Part shown: piece by piece, positions 12,940 to 22,781 of the stretch
Position numbering within the stretch: the first letter of the stretch is position 1
How the letters are laid out: each line of letters begins with the position of its first letter
From: a bacterium
GTDB lineage: Bacteria; Patescibacteriota; Minisyncoccia; Phycocordibacterales; UBA5272
Direction: 5' to 3'
Assembly (NCBI GenBank): GCA_027482685.1
Contig: JAIXVU010000008.1
Location: 4,652-68,651, forward strand
DNA: 64,000 nt
Notes under the pieces: generated by a model
Told to the model about the DNA's origin: nothing
Database searches by the model: none
The model's input: the letters and a program-made list of their open reading frames with translations, nothing else
Program-made: the position numbers and the translations under genes

Positions 12940-13566
12940 CTACAGATTCTTTAAGTCTTGCTTTGCGAAACTGCCATCTTCTTCAGTTTTCGGCATTGGT
13001 TTATAAAAATGAAACAACACCCATAAACCAAACAATGATGTACATACAAGAATAATAAACTTAAAGTATATCCAACCACCTTCTGTCAAAACACGCCGCG
13101 CAACTTCATTTGAAAGTGCTATAGTGATTAAAAATACTATCCATGCACGAGTAATACTAACCCAAGCGCTATCAGGCATCTTAATGCTATGGCTAAACGC
13201 AGACTTCAAAAATAACTTACCGTGTACATATCCCCATGCAAGAGTAATGGCAAGCACAAGATCATACACCGTATCACGTATTTGGATATATTGGGGGTGA
13301 TGAAAGTATAAAGTCGACGCTCCAAAAATAAGGGTAATAAACGAAATGTAAAAGGAAAAATATGGTATTCTTTTTTCTACAATAATTGCAAAAAGCGATG
13401 TAAGCACTGTTGCAACCATAAACCATGAAGTTGCGGTATAAAAGTCACTAAGCTCAAATGCAATAATAAATACTAACGGTGGACTAAAGTCTAGAAGAGA
13501 ACCAGTAAGTAACTTAAAGAGTATTCTTTTTTCAAGGAGAGGATGCGCTTTGTTAAAAATGCTCAT
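12940..13566 (-). CDS. Intracellular septation protein A family (YciB/IspZ-like) membrane protein
   Basis: Two blocks align to E. coli YciB: LLDFSPPLVFIIAFELSDFYTAT and MPDSAWVSITRAW...GWIYFKFI. Confidence 0.55.
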   Translation of the reverse strand: MSIFNKAHPLLEKRILFKLLTGSLLDFSPPLVFIIAFELSDFYTATSWFMVATVLTSLFAIIVEKRIPYFSFYISFITLIFGASTLYFHHPQYIQIRDTVYDLVLAITLAWGYVHGKLFLKSAFSHSIKMPDSAWVSITRAWIVFLITIALSNEVARRVLTEGGWIYFKFIILVCTSLFGLWVLFHFYKPMPKTEEDGSFAKQDLKNL

Positions 13567-13598
13567 GATATACTAAAGAGTATACTATTATTAATTTT

Positions 13599-14345
13599 AT
13601 GCAACGTATGAGCCGTCTATCACATCAACTAAAAAACCTTTTTAATCACATTAAACACCCTCATCTTACAACTCCAGCTGCAGTTCTCCTCGGCGCTTTT
13701 ATTATTGGAGCAAGTATTATTGGATATGGATTTATTATGCGCGATACTGGCGCAAAAGAATCTAGTACAATGTTTACGGGAAGATCTATTGATGAAAAAG
13801 AAATACTGGAAGGAAAAGCAAAAAGCAAAGTTTTTGTTGTAGAGTACTCTGACCCAGAATGTCCATTCTGCGTAACGGTTCATCCAACACTTAAGCAATT
13901 ACGTAATGAATATGCTGATAAAATAACATTTGTTTATAGACACTACCCTCTGACACAGATTCACCCACGTGCATTTGATGAATCAAAAGCAATAGAATGC
14001 GCTAATACTCTTGGTGGTAACAAAAAGGCATTTGAATACATCGACGCTCTCTACGGTTATAAATCTAATCAGCAAACTACACAATTAGCCGCTAACGGAA
14101 AAGAAGACATAGCTAAGAATGTCGGTCTCGAGATGTCTGCGTTTACTGCATGTATGAATAGTCAGGCAACATCTGATACCATAAATGCAAGTATTAATGA
14201 TGGTATCGTTGCAGGGGTAACGGGAACACCGTCAACCTTTATCCTCGTAAAAACTCGTAAAGGTTACGAGGTGGTAAGCATGGTAGATGGAGCACGTCCA
14301 GCTGCATACTTCAAAGCAGCAATCGAAGAAGCCCTATCCCGATAA
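13599..14345 (+). CDS. DsbA-like thiol:disulfide oxidoreductase with N-terminal membrane anchor
   Basis: CPFC active site inside a thioredoxin fold (VEYSDPECPFCV). Confidence 0.75.
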   Translation: MQRMSRLSHQLKNLFNHIKHPHLTTPAAVLLGAFIIGASIIGYGFIMRDTGAKESSTMFTGRSIDEKEILEGKAKSKVFVVEYSDPECPFCVTVHPTLKQLRNEYADKITFVYRHYPLTQIHPRAFDESKAIECANTLGGNKKAFEYIDALYGYKSNQQTTQLAANGKEDIAKNVGLEMSAFTACMNSQATSDTINASINDGIVAGVTGTPSTFILVKTRKGYEVVSMVDGARPAAYFKAAIEEALSR

Positions 14346-14381
14346 ACCTAGAATTATTCTACGTTTTAGAATTAGAAAAAT

Positions 14382-14417
14382 ACACAGGGCGGCCTTCGGC
14401 CGCCCTGTGTATTTTTT
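14382..14417. terminator. Bidirectional rho-independent terminator
   Basis: Hairpin ACACAGGGCGGCC-TTCG-GGCCGCCCTGTGT followed by a T-run, between convergent genes. Confidence 0.8.
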
Positions 14418-14432
14418 ATTACCCCCCCTTCC

Positions 14433-15209
14433 CTACTTCACCTGGAAACTTGCTCGTACAATTGCAGTAACTTTTTTCTCAATAGTTGATGTGTCATAAC
14501 TTCCATAATCACTCACATCAGTACTGTTCTTTTGCGTAATCTGAAATATTCCTTGAGACGCATTAGTTACCCCACCTATACGACCTCCGGTAGATTTTGC
14601 AATAGCTTCTGCTCGTTCTTTTGCATTCTTCCCAGCTTCTTCTAATAATTCTACACGCAAACTAGCAAGATCTGTGTATAAGAAATCAACTGAATTTGTC
14701 TGCACCTGTGCACCAATAGTACTAAGATCATTAGGCGCGTTAAGAGCAAGCTCTCTGATCTTCTCTACATCACCTGATTCTATCAATATCATTTGACTTA
14801 GAGAGTATGTATAAAAACCTGAACATTGCTGACGACCAGAATTATCATAACTTACCTGATTTTGGGTCTGACAGACCACGGATGATGTAATTGGTTGTAT
14901 TGTTATTTCGTTTTCTTCTACCCCTTTAGATACTAAGTACTTACGTACAGCTATTGATATGGCGCTTAGTTGCTTAGACACAGGAGCATACTCAGTCTGA
15001 CTTGCGTTTTTTGTAACAGATAAAGTCCACTTTGCTCTATCGCTTTCTACGACTCTTTCAGCTGTTCCTGTCACACTAATAGTATCCCCACCTCGCAAGC
15101 TTCCTAATCCGTTAGCAAGCACAAAAGAGCTTGCTACCCACGCAACACTTATACATAGCCCAAAAATGACAATGTTATTCTTTACAGCAGTTGTTATGTT
15201 ATCTATCAT
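14433..15209 (-). CDS. SIMPL/DUF541-like secreted or periplasmic protein with N-terminal TM
   Basis: Size and C-terminal pattern resemble YggE/SIMPL family; weak call. Confidence 0.4.
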   Translation of the reverse strand: MIDNITTAVKNNIVIFGLCISVAWVASSFVLANGLGSLRGGDTISVTGTAERVVESDRAKWTLSVTKNASQTEYAPVSKQLSAISIAVRKYLVSKGVEENEITIQPITSSVVCQTQNQVSYDNSGRQQCSGFYTYSLSQMILIESGDVEKIRELALNAPNDLSTIGAQVQTNSVDFLYTDLASLRVELLEEAGKNAKERAEAIAKSTGGRIGGVTNASQGIFQITQKNSTDVSDYGSYDTSTIEKKVTAIVRASFQVK

Positions 15210-15438
15210 ACGATAATCTTCTAGTTACTAATATCTATAGAATACTCCTAGCTATATACTTTTACACGTTCGGCTGTACACATATTTACAAAAGAAACAC
15301 TATGTTGTAGAATTCTAACGTGCGTAGTAACGGGTATACACCGATAACCTACACACAACAAGAGGGGTGGTAATGGTCGCAAAAAACCATAACACCTCAT
15401 TTTTCAATCCTCAAAGCATGAGGAGAAGAGTAATGACT

Positions 15439-15771
15439 CAAGAAGTTCAAGCTGTCGCATCAACGCGAATCACAGGATCGGAAGCAGGAGACGTGATTGC
15501 GCTGAGTACCGAACGGCCAATTGGTATCTCCTTTCCAATCAAGCGTTGTGGCAACAACACCACAATTACCTACAAGAACATTGAAGCTTACCGAGTAAGT
15601 GTCATCATCCCATCTGATGGGATGATGACAGTAACCATTGATCAAAGGCGTTTGCAGCCTTACAGCTGGCAATGCCAAGCCAAATTTCTGAAGTGGCTTG
15701 CCAATGCCAAGGGCTGTCAGAAAAATGGAGGGGTCTATGGTCATCCCGACTGCGAGTTCGTAAAGATCTAA
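15439..15771 (+). CDS. Hypothetical small Cys-containing protein on a GC-elevated islet
   Basis: AGGAG RBS 8 nt before ATG; ~48% GC against a ~38% background; four Cys; terminator immediately downstream. Confidence 0.4.
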   Translation, partial: QEVQAVASTRITGSEAGDVIALSTERPIGISFPIKRCGNNTTITYKNIEAYRVSVIIPSDGMMTVTIDQRRLQPYSWQCQAKFLKWLANAKGCQKNGGVYGHPDCEFVKI

Positions 15772-15856
15772 GTCGAGCTGACTCTAGTCAGATGAACACG
15801 GGGCACACAAACCCCAGAAGCTTCTTCGTTCAGAACTGAGTTCTAGACGAGGAACG

Positions 15857-15886
15857 AAGGTGAGCTTGCGCTCACCTTTTTCTTTT
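15857..15886 (+). terminator. Rho-independent terminator
   Basis: Hairpin AAGGTGAGC-TTGC-GCTCACCTT followed by TTTTCTTTT. Confidence 0.75.
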
Positions 15887-15908
15887 GTCTAATTTTTATA
15901 TTCTACAT

Positions 15909-16364
15909 TTACTTCACATCCACTTTTACTTCCTCTGCATGAGATTTTACATTAACCTCTTCGTATATTTTCGCAATCTTACCTTGTTCGTCGATAAGAA
16001 AACTGGTGCGAGCTATTCCCATATACTCTCTCCCCATGAACTTTTTCTTTTGCCAGACGCCGTAGGCTTCACATACTTTCTTATCAACATCGGACAAAAT
16101 CGGAAAAGGTAACTCATATTTATCAGCAAACTTCTTATGGCTCTTTACATTATCTGCGCTTACCCCTAATATCACTAGTCCCATTTTCTGAAACTCATCA
16201 TGCCCATCACGAAAAGTACACGCTTCGGTAGTGCATCCTGGGGTATCGTCTTTTGGATAAAAATAGAGAAGTACTTTCTTTCCTTTATACATAGCAAGAC
16301 TGTGCTCGTTACCATCTTGATCTTGTAGTACAAAATCTGGTGCTTTTTCCTGTAATTTCATCAT
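15909..16364 (-). CDS. bcp: Peroxiredoxin, Bcp-type thiol peroxidase
   Basis: The active-site motif FYPKDDTPGCTTEAC is present. Confidence 0.85.
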   Translation of the reverse strand: MMKLQEKAPDFVLQDQDGNEHSLAMYKGKKVLLYFYPKDDTPGCTTEACTFRDGHDEFQKMGLVILGVSADNVKSHKKFADKYELPFPILSDVDKKVCEAYGVWQKKKFMGREYMGIARTSFLIDEQGKIAKIYEEVNVKSHAEEVKVDVK

Positions 16365-16380
16365 AGATTATAGTATAGCA

Positions 16381-17577
16381 TCATGCATGACTATGTGTAT
16401 GATGATGTGTGTGTGATGATGTTTCAGTAGTATCAAATTGCTTTCCCTTCATCAACAGTATAGCAATAAGTGTTGTCAGTGGGACAGCGCATAGTATGCC
16501 TATAGAACCCACAACTGCACGCACTATCTCAGTTGCTACACCCTCCCTGTTAATGAGCTCAAGAATAGGTGTCGTACTCGTATAGAGTAACAGCACAAGA
16601 GGAAGAGATGCACCAGTGTACGCAAGTATGAGCGTATTAATAACCGCACCGACATGATCTTTGCCTATTTTGATAGCTTTTGAATATACTTGTCCGAACG
16701 ACAATGACCCATTCATGCGAAGTATCTCTTGTACAACAGAGGCTTGCGTAATAGACGCGTCATCAATAACACCAATTACTCCAATAATAATCCCTCCGAT
16801 GAGGAGTGCGACAAAATCTAAGTTCCCTTGTGTTGCGATATTAAGGTAGACACTTTCCTCTTCTGAAAAACCAGTGAGGTTAGTTACCCATACTGCATAC
16901 TTTGCAAGAAGTACCGTGATAATAACTGCAATAGAACACCCGAGAAACGAAGCGGTTGTCATTCTGGTAAATCCATGCGTAAGGTACATCACCACAAAAA
17001 GAGACAGGAGTGCTCCTAATGTAGAAATAACAATAACATTACCGCCAGTTAAAAGCTCTGGAAAGAGAAACTTAAAAATTACCCCAAACGAAATAAAAAG
17101 CGCAATAAGTGCTAGAAATCCTTGCTTACCTCCTAACAATACCACTGCCACAATGAACACTACTAAAAGAAATATAAGTGCTGGTATTCTGTACGGTTCT
17201 TGAATAGAATAATACATCATGCCATTTGTGTATAAGTATTTTACGTAGACTTTATCGCCAACTTCAAGAGCAAATGCGGCGTCTTCTACTGTAATCTCTG
17301 TCCCTTTTTTTTCTTCACCTTGTAAAAACCTCACTTGTACTGTTTGGTATGTTGCCTTAGTGTTAGTGTTTGGCACTTCACGTACCTCTTTACTAAGAAT
17401 TTGTACAACTTCTCCTAAATACGTCCCCTCTCGTTCCTCATTACCATTCACTACGACTTTTACCGTTGATGTTGATATTCCACGGATGGTATCCAACGCG
17501 TGGGAAGGTACACCACCTACAAATGTGCTAAGTGCGACTACAAAAAACAGAGCAAGTCCTAGGCGCAATTTTTGCAT
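16381..17577 (-). CDS. Multi-pass membrane protein (YibE/F-like) with His-rich C-terminal tail
   Basis: Signal/TM, an extracytoplasmic domain, then 6 or more TM segments; tail HTHHHTHSHA; operonic with the Fur-family gene. Confidence 0.4.
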   Translation of the reverse strand: MQKLRLGLALFFVVALSTFVGGVPSHALDTIRGISTSTVKVVVNGNEEREGTYLGEVVQILSKEVREVPNTNTKATYQTVQVRFLQGEEKKGTEITVEDAAFALEVGDKVYVKYLYTNGMMYYSIQEPYRIPALIFLLVVFIVAVVLLGGKQGFLALIALFISFGVIFKFLFPELLTGGNVIVISTLGALLSLFVVMYLTHGFTRMTTASFLGCSIAVIITVLLAKYAVWVTNLTGFSEEESVYLNIATQGNLDFVALLIGGIIIGVIGVIDDASITQASVVQEILRMNGSLSFGQVYSKAIKIGKDHVGAVINTLILAYTGASLPLVLLLYTSTTPILELINREGVATEIVRAVVGSIGILCAVPLTTLIAILLMKGKQFDTTETSSHTHHHTHSHA

Positions 17578-17987
17578 AGTCCGTATATCTCCATTGAGTG
17601 CGTTGTTGTTTGTTTAAATTTTTTTGACTTTTTAAGCATTTTCTTAACAGTATCGTCAATCGAAATACCTTCAATTTTTTCAATAGTCTCACAGTTACTA
17701 CACACTAGCTGATGTGAAGCGCGCCCGGTTTCAAGTTCGTAATGTGCGTGTCCATGGTTAAAATCTAGTCTACGAAGTAATCCAGCTTCATGTAATGAAG
17801 CGAGATTTCGGTATACTGTTGCTTGATCAATGTTATCTTTCTTGCGAAGCGCATCCACGAGCTCATATACGGTTACAGGATTCTTAACTTTTGAAAGATA
17901 TCCAAGTACGGCCAGTCTGTGCCCTGTAACACGAAGTCCTGCTTCTTGTACCATTCCAGTCAATTCTTCTTGTGTGTAGGATGCCAT
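17559..17987 (-). CDS. Fur-family metalloregulator (Zur-like)
   Basis: Winged HTH (VYRNLASLHEAGLL), HxH, and CxxC...CxxC; divergent from the ZIP transporter gene. Confidence 0.8.
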   Translation of the reverse strand: MASYTQEELTGMVQEAGLRVTGHRLAVLGYLSKVKNPVTVYELVDALRKKDNIDQATVYRNLASLHEAGLLRRLDFNHGHAHYELETGRASHQLVCSNCETIEKIEGISIDDTVKKMLKKSKKFKQTTTHSMEIYGLCKNCA

Positions 17988-18079
17988 ATGAATACCATTA
18001 TATCATATACCAATATGCCTGCGAAGCATTTGCAAAAATTAAAAATATTTAACAAGAATAGCATTATCTATCCAGTATT

Positions 18080-18098
18080 AATGCAAATAACTTGCATT
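18080..18098. promoter_or_regulatory. Palindromic operator candidate (putative Zur box) overlapping a -10-like TATAAA
   Basis: AATGCAAATAACTTGCATT is a perfect 7-5-7 inverted repeat in the divergent zur/ZIP intergenic region. Confidence 0.5.
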
Positions 18099-18154
18099 TT
18101 ATAAAATCATACATTATAGTATACTTATCCTTCAACCACCTACGAGATAACGAT

Positions 18155-18853
18155 ATGACATCATCTCTAATTCTACTCATTATTAGTACAAGTGCACTCC
18201 CTTTACTATCTATAACTGCAGTAGTGCTTCGCCGTAACCTACTAGAAGGAAAATGGAAGCTGGTCTTTCTTGTACTTGGGTTAGCGCTTCTAATGTTCAG
18301 TGTTATAAGCGCATTTCACGACCACGGTGAAGAGCTTGGGCTTTCTGATATTGTAACAGGTGTGGTAACTGCGTTACTAACTTTTCTTATTCTTTCTCGA
18401 TTCAGTCATAAGCACAAACATGAAAAAGAGCTAGAAGGCGCAAAAGGTATTGTCATAAGTGAAGCATTCCACTCGCTTATTGACGGAGCTCTCATCGGAG
18501 CAACATTTCTGATAAGTCCAGTAGTTGGAAGTGCGGTAGCATTAGGGATACTTGTTCATGAATTACCAAAAATAATAGGCACACTAACTGTTCTTAGATC
18601 ACTTGGACTATCTACTAAGAAAACAATTCTCTACGGCACACTGGCACAAATCGGTGTCCCTATCGCCGCTCTGTTTGTATACCTACTCGGTAAAGAAATT
18701 AACCCTGAGCAATTTCACACACTTGAGATAGCGAGTATCTCATCTCTTGGAGCAATTGTACTTTGGATAATTTACCTTGAGATTAGATTCCATCGAAAGC
18801 ACGATCACAAACACAGTGAACGTGACGATAACGGAACAGCACATTCGCATTAA
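18155..18853 (+). CDS. ZIP-family metal (zinc) transporter; ORF-track start 18092 is a TTG inside the operator, ATG at 18155 preferred
   Basis: HELPKIIG motif, multiple TM segments, His-rich loop and tail (HKHKHEKE, HRKHDHKHSE). Confidence 0.7.
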   Translation: MTSSLILLIISTSALPLLSITAVVLRRNLLEGKWKLVFLVLGLALLMFSVISAFHDHGEELGLSDIVTGVVTALLTFLILSRFSHKHKHEKELEGAKGIVISEAFHSLIDGALIGATFLISPVVGSAVALGILVHELPKIIGTLTVLRSLGLSTKKTILYGTLAQIGVPIAALFVYLLGKEINPEQFHTLEIASISSLGAIVLWIIYLEIRFHRKHDHKHSERDDNGTAHSH

Positions 18854-18859
18854 GTTGCA

Positions 18860-18886
18860 AGCGGGCAAAATCACGCCCGCTTTTTA
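18860..18886 (+). terminator. Rho-independent terminator
   Basis: AGCGGGC-N8-GCCCGCT followed by TTTTT. Confidence 0.65.
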
Positions 18887-18909
18887 TATGCGAATAACTT
18901 GCATATAAT
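18887..18909 (+). promoter_or_regulatory. Second operator candidate overlapping a -10 TATAAT
   Basis: TATGCGAATAACTTGCATA-TAAT shares the core AATAACTTGCAT with the 18080 site. Confidence 0.5.
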
Positions 18910-18933
18910 TTATTTTTAAGCTAAGATATAGCT

Positions 18934-19770
18934 ATGAAAATTGCATTTGTAGGAAAAGGCGGTAGCGGGAAAAGCTCCGTATCATGGCTCGCTGTTAAAA
19001 CCCTAGAAGATATGGGTATTTCTACCCTTGCGATTGATGCTGACCATAACATGGACTTAACCAGCAACCTCGGGCTCGATCCAGAAAAGACGCCGCTCAT
19101 GCATAAGACTGAACGTGAGTTTATGGAAGCCGTTGGCCTTGGAGAGAACGATAGATTAGTAACACTTACAACAAAAGAGGGTTCACTACCTGAGTTTTCC
19201 TTTAACCCAAAAGATAGTTATACAGCCTCCATTACTACATCAATAAGTAAAACAGTAGACCTTATCAATATTGGCCTTGGAAGTCCAGATGTCCTATATA
19301 CAACAAAGTGCGCTCATGCTCTGTCTGGGCCGCTTAAATTCTATCTTGGTTTACTCAATGCAAAAGATGATGTTGTTATTATCGATAGTGTAGCAGGAAC
19401 AGACATGATGAATTATGGTTTGTATGCTGGTATTGATGCGGTGATAGGAGTAGTTGAACCTCATCGCAATAGTGTCAAGGTGTTCGAACAAATAGCTGAC
19501 CTCTGCAGAAAAGTAGATATCCCTTTCTTTGGGGTCATCAACAAGCCTACAGATAATGAGTTTTATCAAGGAGTAAAGGAAAAGTATGGTAAAAAAATAA
19601 TCGGAGAGATTCCATTTGATTCAGCTATCATGGAATATAACTTCACCAAACTTTCAACAGAAACCAAAGGGGCCATGAAAGCTGTGATGGAAAAACTCCA
19701 AGCATTACCAAAAAGAAATGGTCTTTCGAGCATTTACAAATTTCAACATTCTATCAAAGAAAATATTTAA
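18934..19770 (+). CDS. CooC/MinD/ParA-family P-loop ATPase (possible metallochaperone)
   Basis: Deviant Walker A (AFVGKGGSGKSS) and overall similarity to CooC-type maturation ATPases. Confidence 0.6.
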   Translation: MKIAFVGKGGSGKSSVSWLAVKTLEDMGISTLAIDADHNMDLTSNLGLDPEKTPLMHKTEREFMEAVGLGENDRLVTLTTKEGSLPEFSFNPKDSYTASITTSISKTVDLINIGLGSPDVLYTTKCAHALSGPLKFYLGLLNAKDDVVIIDSVAGTDMMNYGLYAGIDAVIGVVEPHRNSVKVFEQIADLCRKVDIPFFGVINKPTDNEFYQGVKEKYGKKIIGEIPFDSAIMEYNFTKLSTETKGAMKAVMEKLQALPKRNGLSSIYKFQHSIKENI

Positions 19771-19776
19771 TTTGCG

Positions 19777-20433
19777 TTGGCAACTATGTGCGGAGTATTT
19801 CCTCATATGGTTGCCAACGGAAGTTGGCACTTGCTCTTTCAACCAACTGGAGAAACAACCATGTGCGGAATCGTACACCGTCCCACTCGTCGGAAGGATC
19901 TCGATCCGTCCACGTTCCCCAAGCTCTCAGTGTCTGCTGTGAGCAAGATCGTAGCCGCCTGTGAAGATGTCCATATCCCACATCTGGCGACTGCGCTTGT
20001 CCTTCACTTTGCCAATCACATGGCAGGCAAGAAGTGCTTCACGCTGGAAGTGATCCCGTTTGCTCTCTACGAGGGTGATAAGCGGATTATCTCGCGTGAG
20101 AGCGTGGAGTCCGAGGCTGCGGTGATACATCTAGCCATGGCCAGCACTGTCCGCCGCACCATCAACGCAGAACTGGCTGAGGTGGGGCTTGTCTTCGAGC
20201 TTGGTCACTGCTGTGATATTCAGATGTGGGAGCTCACTCGTGAAGAGGAGGCGGCCACGATGTCTCATGACTGGAACATCTGGCGTGCTGATAAGCTCCG
20301 CATGCTGACGAAAGATGCGGAAGAGATCGTTTCGTCGGAGGAGTTCATCTCCATTGCCGGCAATTTCAACCGAGATCTGATCAGCACGATGATCTCACTC
20401 GCCAGTGAGCAGCTGACACATGTCGACCACTGA
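19777..20433 (+). CDS. Hypothetical Cys/His-containing protein, GC-rich (~52%)
   Basis: Coding-like; no recognisable domain; abrupt compositional shift from the flanks. Confidence 0.45.
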   Translation: MATMCGVFPHMVANGSWHLLFQPTGETTMCGIVHRPTRRKDLDPSTFPKLSVSAVSKIVAACEDVHIPHLATALVLHFANHMAGKKCFTLEVIPFALYEGDKRIISRESVESEAAVIHLAMASTVRRTINAELAEVGLVFELGHCCDIQMWELTREEEAATMSHDWNIWRADKLRMLTKDAEEIVSSEEFISIAGNFNRDLISTMISLASEQLTHVDH

Positions 20434-20791
20434 TAAGTCATTCAGTGCTTTTCTGGCTGAGAATGCAGGCCATTTCCTTGAGCTTTGTCTTTTGGAAGGG
20501 TTTGTGTTCTCGGTGAGAAAAAGTGCTCACCGTATTACAATACGCTGTGCTCTTCCAAGCGGGATTGTCCGATTCGTCATCTTTGACGATCATCGGGTAG
20601 CAAGCCCCCACGGTGGCAAGCCACATGTGTGCAATCAGTGGTACAAAGCAGTTGGTGATCCTCTTTCGTTTACGATGGGGGAAGAAGTCAACGATGCTTC
20701 ACGACTTCAAAGTGTGCTACGAGCAACCGCTGTCATGTGTCTCACACAAAGCGAGGCATACAACGACATGAAAGCTCGTATCTTCCCTTAA
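20420..20791 (+). CDS. Hypothetical protein, GC-rich, translationally coupled to the upstream ORF
   Basis: 14-nt overlap with the previous ORF; terminator follows. Confidence 0.4.
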   Translation: MSTTDKSFSAFLAENAGHFLELCLLEGFVFSVRKSAHRITIRCALPSGIVRFVIFDDHRVASPHGGKPHVCNQWYKAVGDPLSFTMGEEVNDASRLQSVLRATAVMCLTQSEAYNDMKARIFP

Positions 20792-20807
20792 CCAAGGGTT
20801 TCATTCC

Positions 20808-20839
20808 GAAAGGCGTCCTCGAGACGCCTTTTCTTTTTC
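20808..20839 (+). terminator. Rho-independent terminator
   Basis: AAAGGCGTC-CTCGA-GACGCCTTT followed by TTCTTTTTCTTT. Confidence 0.75.
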
Positions 20840-21086
20840 TTTATATTTGATAGTATTATACTCACTTGGCAATCAAGCCAAGAGGAGAATGCTTTGCCGA
20901 GTTCTCGAAACCAAAAGTACACAGTACCTCGGTGCACTCGCAAGAAGTACGAAAGAGATCGTGCAACACCAGCGCTCAATGAGCAGATGGCAAAGACCAT
21001 CATCATCGGCCGTGGGAGGCAAACCAACAACTAAGGTCTCATTCTTAAACTCAAAGATCGCTACATGCGATCTTTTGTCTTTCAAG

Positions 21087-22136
21087 TTAAACAATAATTC
21101 CCCCGCCAATGCAGAGATTATCATCATAGACAACAAGTGACTGCCCGCTTGTTGCGGTGAGTGACCCTTCAATAACTTTTACATGTGTGTCATCAATATA
21201 CTCTACAGTAGCAAGTGGGGCGCGATATCTAGCGCGTGCAGTGTACCTTCTACCGATTTCGAGAGGTTTTGTCCAGTTTACTTTATCTAAGACGATAACA
21301 TCCCCTGTTTTTTCTGCTGGTTGCGCATGTGATACTACTAGAATATTTTTCTCAATATCTTTTGCAATAATAAAATATGGTGTATCTTCTGTAGATTTTT
21401 TGGTAACAACAAAACCATGTCTTTCACCAAGAGTATAAAATGTTACACCTTCATGGTGTCCGATAACTTCTCCTTGCTCATTACACACATCACCCTTCTT
21501 TTCTTCAATATACTCTTTAAGTAATGTTTTGATATCTATTGTGCCTACGAAACATAATCCTTGACTGTCTTTCTTCTTTGCAACCGGCAACCCTGCTTGC
21601 AAAGCTATTGCACGGACCTCTGCTTTTTGTAATTCACCAACGGGAAATATGACCGACGAAAGAATGTCAGGTGAAAGCGTCCAAAGAAAATACGTCTGAT
21701 CTTTTTCTTGGTCTATGCTTTTTGCAAGAGAAAAAGTACTCTGTCGTTCTTCTATGCGAGCATAATGCCCTGTTGCAACAAACACATCTTTGTCTTGTTC
21801 TTTTGCCCATTTGTAAAATGCACCGAACTTCACCTCACGATTACACATAACATCTGGATTTGGTGTTCTACCACGTCTATACTCTTCTATCATGTAATCG
21901 ATCACCCCTTCTTTATATTCCTTTTCAAGATCAAGTGTGATGAATGGAATATCTAAATGGCTAGCAACTCGCATTGCGTCTAGCCTGTCTTCTTTCCAGG
22001 TACATTCTATAAAATCAGGCTGCCAAACTTTAATAAAAACTCCAGTTACATTATATCCAGTTTTTTTGAGTAAGTACGCAGAAACTGACGAATCTACTCC
22101 ACCAGAAAGCCCGACAAAAACTTTTTTCTTTAACAT
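21087..22136 (-). CDS. mnmA: tRNA-specific 2-thiouridylase
   Basis: The PP-loop VFVGLSGGVDSSV is present; start moved to the internal Met (MLKKKVF). Confidence 0.85.
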   Translation of the reverse strand: MLKKKVFVGLSGGVDSSVSAYLLKKTGYNVTGVFIKVWQPDFIECTWKEDRLDAMRVASHLDIPFITLDLEKEYKEGVIDYMIEEYRRGRTPNPDVMCNREVKFGAFYKWAKEQDKDVFVATGHYARIEERQSTFSLAKSIDQEKDQTYFLWTLSPDILSSVIFPVGELQKAEVRAIALQAGLPVAKKKDSQGLCFVGTIDIKTLLKEYIEEKKGDVCNEQGEVIGHHEGVTFYTLGERHGFVVTKKSTEDTPYFIIAKDIEKNILVVSHAQPAEKTGDVIVLDKVNWTKPLEIGRRYTARARYRAPLATVEYIDDTHVKVIEGSLTATSGQSLVVYDDNLCIGGGIIV

Positions 22137-22259
22137 ATTTATAAGTATTACTCTACCACGTAAGTGCATAGCATGGCTAGACATATGTTGCAAAGTGGTT
22201 TATTATACAGGCGGACCCATAAGGGATTCGTACATCTTGTACGCAACTAGGAGATACTC

Positions 22260-22601
22260 ATGATTCTCCGTATCGCAGCACTTTGCTTGCTGGCTTCTCT
22301 CCCTGTCTTATCTCAGGCTCAACTCCATGGACACCGTCACCATGGCAATCATGGTGGGGTAGATGTGTACATCACGTTTGGTGCTCCTGTATGGCAGCCT
22401 CGCATATGGGCACCACCAACTGTAGTGTATATACAGCCACCTCCTCCGCAAGCTTTCTACCGAGATGTGAGGTATCTCGCACCTCCGTCTATATATTACA
22501 GGCAGGTACCTGTGTATCAGCTAGCCCCTCCTTTTTGTCGTACAGTGGTCTACTACTGGATCGACAATATGGGGCAAGGGTGGCAAACCTGTTACCACTG
22601 A
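22260..22601 (+). CDS. Small secreted His/Pro/Tyr-rich protein, GC-elevated
   Basis: Signal peptide MILRIAALCLLASLPVLSQA; mature part rich in P, Y, V and H. Confidence 0.5.
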   Translation: MILRIAALCLLASLPVLSQAQLHGHRHHGNHGGVDVYITFGAPVWQPRIWAPPTVVYIQPPPPQAFYRDVRYLAPPSIYYRQVPVYQLAPPFCRTVVYYWIDNMGQGWQTCYH

Positions 22602-22613
22602 AGGAGGAAGGTC

Positions 22614-22781
22614 ATGAGCTCTCAAAGTTCTGTGAACAGACTTCCGATGAAACTCTCACCACGAAAAAGTATCTTCATCAGGTTCTTAGCACTTGTATGG
22701 GATGACGATGAATCATCCGCTGGACAGATCTACAACGACCTTATCTATCGTCTCCAAAATCCGTTCAACATTCTGAAATAA
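22614..22781 (+). CDS. Hypothetical 55-aa protein, in the same frame as the upstream ORF after a TGA stop
   Basis: Strong SD (AAGGAGGAAGG) 7 nt before ATG; below the ORF-track size cutoff. Confidence 0.35.
   Translation: MSSQSSVNRLPMKLSPRKSIFIRFLALVWDDDESSAGQIYNDLIYRLQNPFNILK

Noticed and set aside
20840-21090. Overlapping ORFs of 80-99 aa between the GC-rich cassette and mnmA
   Set aside because: They are mutually overlapping on both strands with no RBS or domain signal. The region may hold a small RNA or be a spacer, but there is not enough to call a gene.
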